Virus record (IMG/VR): IMGVR_UViG_2534681703_000017 | Source: a virus | Taxonomy: Duplodnaviria > Heunggongvirae > Uroviricota > Caudoviricetes | DNA length: 36,962 nucleotides | Reading direction: 5' to 3' (one strand) | Shown here: positions 33,237 through 36,962 of the stretch, piece after piece | How positions within the stretch are numbered: the first letter of the stretch is position 1 | Layout of the letters: every line of letters begins with the position of its first letter | Made by a program: the position numbers and the translations under genes | Notes under the pieces: generated by a model | The model's database searches: none | What the model was told of the DNA's origin: nothing | Seen by the model: the letters and a program-made list of their open reading frames with translations, nothing else

Positions 33237-36221
33237 ATGTCTGTATTAATTTCAGGTGCGCTGATTAATGGCGCTGGCGTTCCGATGGCGGAATGCAAAA
33301 TTTATTTAGATGCACTGGTTAATACCAGTGAAGTGGTTATTGAATCATTTGCGGTTATTGAAACCGATGCGGCGGGACAGTATGCCTTTGAAGCACAAAA
33401 AGGCAAATACACCGTACACATCAAGCAAAAGAACGGCCCTAAGTGCTGTGTGGGTGACATTTCGGTTTACGAAGATTCAAAGCCCGGCACGCTGAACGAC
33501 TTTCTGACTGCCCTTGATGAAGGCGATTTAAAGCCGGATGTAGTGAAACGCTTTGAGGAAATGGTGGCGCAGGCGCAGCAGAGCGCGGAAGCGGCAGCGA
33601 AAAGCGAACAACTGGCCGGGCAACACGTCGCTGATGCGCAGAAGATAAAGGCAGACTGTCAGACGCTGGCGGATAACGTAGCGCAGAACGCAGAAGACGT
33701 TGCTGAAGACAAAAAGCAGGTGGCGCTGCTGGCATCATCTGCCACACAGGATGCGGCCCGCGCAGAGCAGGCGGTCAAAGATGCCGACACGATAGTCCAG
33801 AAAGCGGTCGATAAACTCGGTGAAGCCGCAACGCTGAGCGGCGAGGCAAAGGCCAGTGCAGAAGCGGCAGCAAAAAGCGAGCAGGGCGCAAAACAGCACA
33901 GGGACGAGGCGCAACGGATAGTTGATGACCTGAAGGGAAGCAGTGCTTCCACGACAGAAAAAGGCCTGGTGCAACTCTGTAGTGATACGGACAACGACAG
34001 CGAAGAACTGGCAGCCACACCGAAGGCCGTCAAAACCGTCATGGACGAGACGAAAACAAAAGCGCCGCTGGACAGCCCGGCATTCACCGGCACGCCCACC
34101 ACACCAACCCCACCGGACGATGCTGCCGGTCTGGAAACAGCGAACGCGGCATTTGTCCGCAAACTGCTCGCTGCACTGGTTGACTCGTCACCGGAAGCCC
34201 TGGACACGCTGAACGAGCTGGCAGCGGCGCTGGGAAATGACCCGAATTTTGCGACGACAGTCACCAAAGCACTGGCAGGTAAACAGCCACTCAGTGACGT
34301 GTTAACCGCAATCAGTAATCTGGAAGAACGGGCAGATAATCTTCTGTGCTTTAATCAGGACGGAAATGCTTCACTGTCTCCACTGTCAGAAAAAGCCCGG
34401 TCACTGCTGGCACAGGCCACAGTGGAAGCTATGCGCAATGAGCTTGAGCTGAAAAGCGCAGCGGTAATGGATATTCAGACAGACATTCACGACAGCACGA
34501 AAGGCCGCATTGCGCTTCCCGGTGCGTATGGTTACGGAATGACGGACGCCGGAGCGCGTTCAATTATTGCCAGCGATATGGTGACTGTAGCCAGAACTGC
34601 GCACAACGTACATCCGGGACGGTATTACACCTTTTCCACGCAAACGGAAGAAACAACCGGGATAACAGAAATTATCTGGCTGGATAATGGCCGGGCCGAC
34701 AAAACCAGCCAGACAGCAACAAAGCTGGTTCTGTTTTTTGGAAAAGACGGACGGATTCTTATGACCGTTCGTGGCGATAATATCTCCGCCCCGGTCACCT
34801 GGACGAATCTGACGCCACAACTTGGCAATGCAGCACAGAAGGATGCGCAGGAGAATATTTACGACCGCACCGAAGGCCGTCTGGCGATTCCCGGCATGTT
34901 TGGATTCGGGAAAGTATTTTCCAGCGGCGACAGGACCGAGTTTAAAACAGAGGCCGATTTTCTCCGCTGGGTAAAAACGGCAAATCCCGGACGCTATGCC
35001 GTTTATGCAGATACAAATGCGGTAATACAGGGCGTGCTGTTCAAGGGTACCGTTGAAATTATCTGGCCGGAATCTCAACCCAGTCCCAATCCGGAATATG
35101 TGGCCAAAATCATTATTTTTTACGGTATTAACGGTCATATTTATTACAATCGCTACTGGACTACCGGAGATGGTTATCTGGTTGGCTGGGAAAACCTGAA
35201 GGTTGATGAGGCTTCACTCCGGGCACTGATTGAAACCCGCGCGCCACTGAACAGCCCGGCACTGACCGGAACGCCGTCCACGCCAACACCACAGGATGAT
35301 GCAGCAGGCACTGAAATAGCCAATGCGGCGTTTGTGCGCAAACTGCTCGCCGCACTGGTTGGCTCATCACCGGAAGCCCTGGACACGCTGAACGAGCTGG
35401 CAGCGGCACTGGGCAATGACCCGAACTTTGCGACAACCGTCACTAATGCACTGGCAGGTAAACAGCCGCTTAACGATACGTTAACCAGTATCAGCAAGGC
35501 AGGGGTGGGACAAAACTCTCTCCTTTATTTTGGTGATAACTTTAAAGCAAAAGCAATTCCATGCAGCAACAAGGCTCGCTCATTACTGGCACGAAACACG
35601 CCTGAATCCATGCGCGCGGAGCTTGAACTGAAAGCGGCTGCGACGATGGAACCCCAGACCGATATCCGTGACCGTACACCCGGCAGGCTGTCGCTACCGG
35701 GCGCTTTTGGCTTTGGTAAGGCATTCAGTAACACAGAAGCCCTGACATTTAACGGGCAGGCTGATTTTGCTGAATGGCTGAAGGAAGCCATGCCGGGGCG
35801 TTATGCGGTCAGTATTGCGGACTCTTCCACGCTGCTGGCTGGCACAACGAAATTTAACGGCATCATTGATGTGATGTGGTCACCCTTTGATAACGACGAG
35901 TCAGACACAGTGCGTAAATTCAAAACGCTGCTGTGTTTTAACCAGTATTACGAAGGTGAGCACAGTATTCATCGCCTGACTTACCGCTGGAGTGGAAACA
36001 ACTGGAATGCAACAGTAAGCCCCATTATTTACGACGGCGATTCGCTGGCCTTCCTGCTGTCCAGGACGGCGGGCTCAGGCTCATATTTCAAATACCCGGC
36101 AGTGGGTGTTCCAGTGCTGGCTGTTTATCGCGGAACAACTTTCGGGGATAAAGAAATCAATATTGGCCTGGGTGATGTGGTGCAGGGGTCACAACTGGGC
36201 GGAGTTAATCTTCGTGCTTAA
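33237..36221 (+). CDS. Side tail fiber protein, lambda Stf-like, with duplicated internal module
   Basis: N-terminus (ISGALINGAGVP...YEDSKPGTLNDFL) and the KGLVQL...LAATPKAVK...APLDSPA..GTP...LNELAAALGNDPNFATT..ALAGKQP block resemble lambdoid Stf as remembered; the block occurs twice. Confidence 0.75.
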   Translation: MSVLISGALINGAGVPMAECKIYLDALVNTSEVVIESFAVIETDAAGQYAFEAQKGKYTVHIKQKNGPKCCVGDISVYEDSKPGTLNDFLTALDEGDLKPDVVKRFEEMVAQAQQSAEAAAKSEQLAGQHVADAQKIKADCQTLADNVAQNAEDVAEDKKQVALLASSATQDAARAEQAVKDADTIVQKAVDKLGEAATLSGEAKASAEAAAKSEQGAKQHRDEAQRIVDDLKGSSASTTEKGLVQLCSDTDNDSEELAATPKAVKTVMDETKTKAPLDSPAFTGTPTTPTPPDDAAGLETANAAFVRKLLAALVDSSPEALDTLNELAAALGNDPNFATTVTKALAGKQPLSDVLTAISNLEERADNLLCFNQDGNASLSPLSEKARSLLAQATVEAMRNELELKSAAVMDIQTDIHDSTKGRIALPGAYGYGMTDAGARSIIASDMVTVARTAHNVHPGRYYTFSTQTEETTGITEIIWLDNGRADKTSQTATKLVLFFGKDGRILMTVRGDNISAPVTWTNLTPQLGNAAQKDAQENIYDRTEGRLAIPGMFGFGKVFSSGDRTEFKTEADFLRWVKTANPGRYAVYADTNAVIQGVLFKGTVEIIWPESQPSPNPEYVAKIIIFYGINGHIYYNRYWTTGDGYLVGWENLKVDEASLRALIETRAPLNSPALTGTPSTPTPQDDAAGTEIANAAFVRKLLAALVGSSPEALDTLNELAAALGNDPNFATTVTNALAGKQPLNDTLTSISKAGVGQNSLLYFGDNFKAKAIPCSNKARSLLARNTPESMRAELELKAAATMEPQTDIRDRTPGRLSLPGAFGFGKAFSNTEALTFNGQADFAEWLKEAMPGRYAVSIADSSTLLAGTTKFNGIIDVMWSPFDNDESDTVRKFKTLLCFNQYYEGEHSIHRLTYRWSGNNWNATVSPIIYDGDSLAFLLSRTAGSGSYFKYPAVGVPVLAVYRGTTFGDKEINIGLGDVVQGSQLGGVNLRA

Positions 36222-36383
36222 TATCTTCTCCTGGGGTTGGCTCCTACAATTCCGCACCGAGTGCAGGAGCTACAGGGTACACTTTCCCGGGGCGTTATAT
36301 GGCGCTATCCGGGGTCAGGGACTCTAAAGGAATAACCGGTCGTATCTGCCTGTTTGTGCGCATCGAGTAACGGGGAATAAAAC

Positions 36384-36962
36384 ATGAAAATCAGAGCGGT
36401 AAAGGGCATCAGAAACGCCCATTATCTTGAAAATGGTGCGGTTGACTGCGAGGTGTTATTTGAAGGTGAAACGGAATTCGTCCCGTATACCGCCATGCAG
36501 GATGATACCGCACCGACAGGCCAGCGCATCTGGGAAGAGTTGCAGAACGGCAAATGGGGCGAAATCGCCCCTTTCACTGTCACGCCGGAACTTATCGCCG
36601 CGGCGAAGGATGCCAAAAAGCAGGAAATCGAGGCATGGCGCACAGAACAGGAAGCACTGCCGTTCACCTTTGAATGGAACGGTCGCACCTGGAACGCTGG
36701 CCCCGACTCAATGGCCCGTCTTTATCCGGTAGTAATGGCGGCGAAATCCGATACGGCACGAACCGCCCTTGCATGGGGTGATGCCGATAATCAACAGGTG
36801 AAACTGTCAATGCCGGAACTGGAAGAACTGGCGACAGCAATGGCGCAGGCGCAGGTCGATCGCAATGACGAGATTTATCAGCGCCAGCGTGAAATGAAGG
36901 AAGAACTGAATAACCTGAATGATTTACGCTCAGTCAGAGCGATGCTGATTAGCAGTAATTAG
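36384..36962 (+). CDS. Putative tail fiber assembly/chaperone-like protein (DUF4376-like)
   Basis: 192-aa ORF after the Stf-like fiber with AACGGGGAATAAAAC upstream; family assignment uncertain. Confidence 0.4.
   Translation: MKIRAVKGIRNAHYLENGAVDCEVLFEGETEFVPYTAMQDDTAPTGQRIWEELQNGKWGEIAPFTVTPELIAAAKDAKKQEIEAWRTEQEALPFTFEWNGRTWNAGPDSMARLYPVVMAAKSDTARTALAWGDADNQQVKLSMPELEELATAMAQAQVDRNDEIYQRQREMKEELNNLNDLRSVRAMLISSN

Noticed and set aside
34062-35497. Diversity-generating retroelement (template/variable repeat pair) targeting the tail fiber
   Set aside because: No reverse transcriptase gene is present in the window, both repeat copies are in-frame coding parts of the same gene, and the mismatches between copies are of mixed type rather than adenine-specific.
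36222-36383. Possible small gene or recombination site in the 160-bp gap after the Stf-like fiber
   Set aside because: It contains only a 23-codon ORF without an RBS and weak imperfect inverted repeats; nothing stands out beyond an ordinary intergenic spacer.

Overview
The window is almost entirely one Mu-like transposable prophage of an enterobacterial host, read left to right on the + strand. No database search or computation was run; all calls rest on reading the sequence, the supplied ORF track, remembered family motifs and synteny with phage Mu. Order: a divergent XRE-type repressor (173-850, minus strand) and an operator/promoter region; Ner-like regulator; MuA-like DDE transposase; MuB-like ATPase; a ~5.4 kb accessory early region of ~17 mostly small, often overlapping ORFs (4224-9527), including DUF3164-like, DUF2786-like and GemA-like proteins; one Mor/C-family activator behind its own terminator and promoter; a lysis cassette (two membrane proteins, GH108-type endolysin, small lipoprotein-like ORF); terminase small and large subunits; portal; Mu F, G and I homologues; major head protein; head-tail joining proteins; sheath, tube, chaperone, tape measure; baseplate genes; a short tail fiber with Tfa chaperone; then, after a hairpin terminator, a second lambda Stf-like side tail fiber (994 aa, internally duplicated) with its own chaperone-like gene. 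No Gin invertase, invertible G segment, mom/com or phage end is visible in the window. I did not find a recognisable defence or anti-defence system; the most notable unexplained signals are (i) a conserved dyad motif upstream of three late gene blocks, (ii) a duplicated hairpin-plus-RBS leader in front of two accessory early genes, (iii) a perfect 22-bp palindrome in the early region, (iv) a likely -1 frameshift tail chaperone pair, and (v) the tandem dual fiber module.
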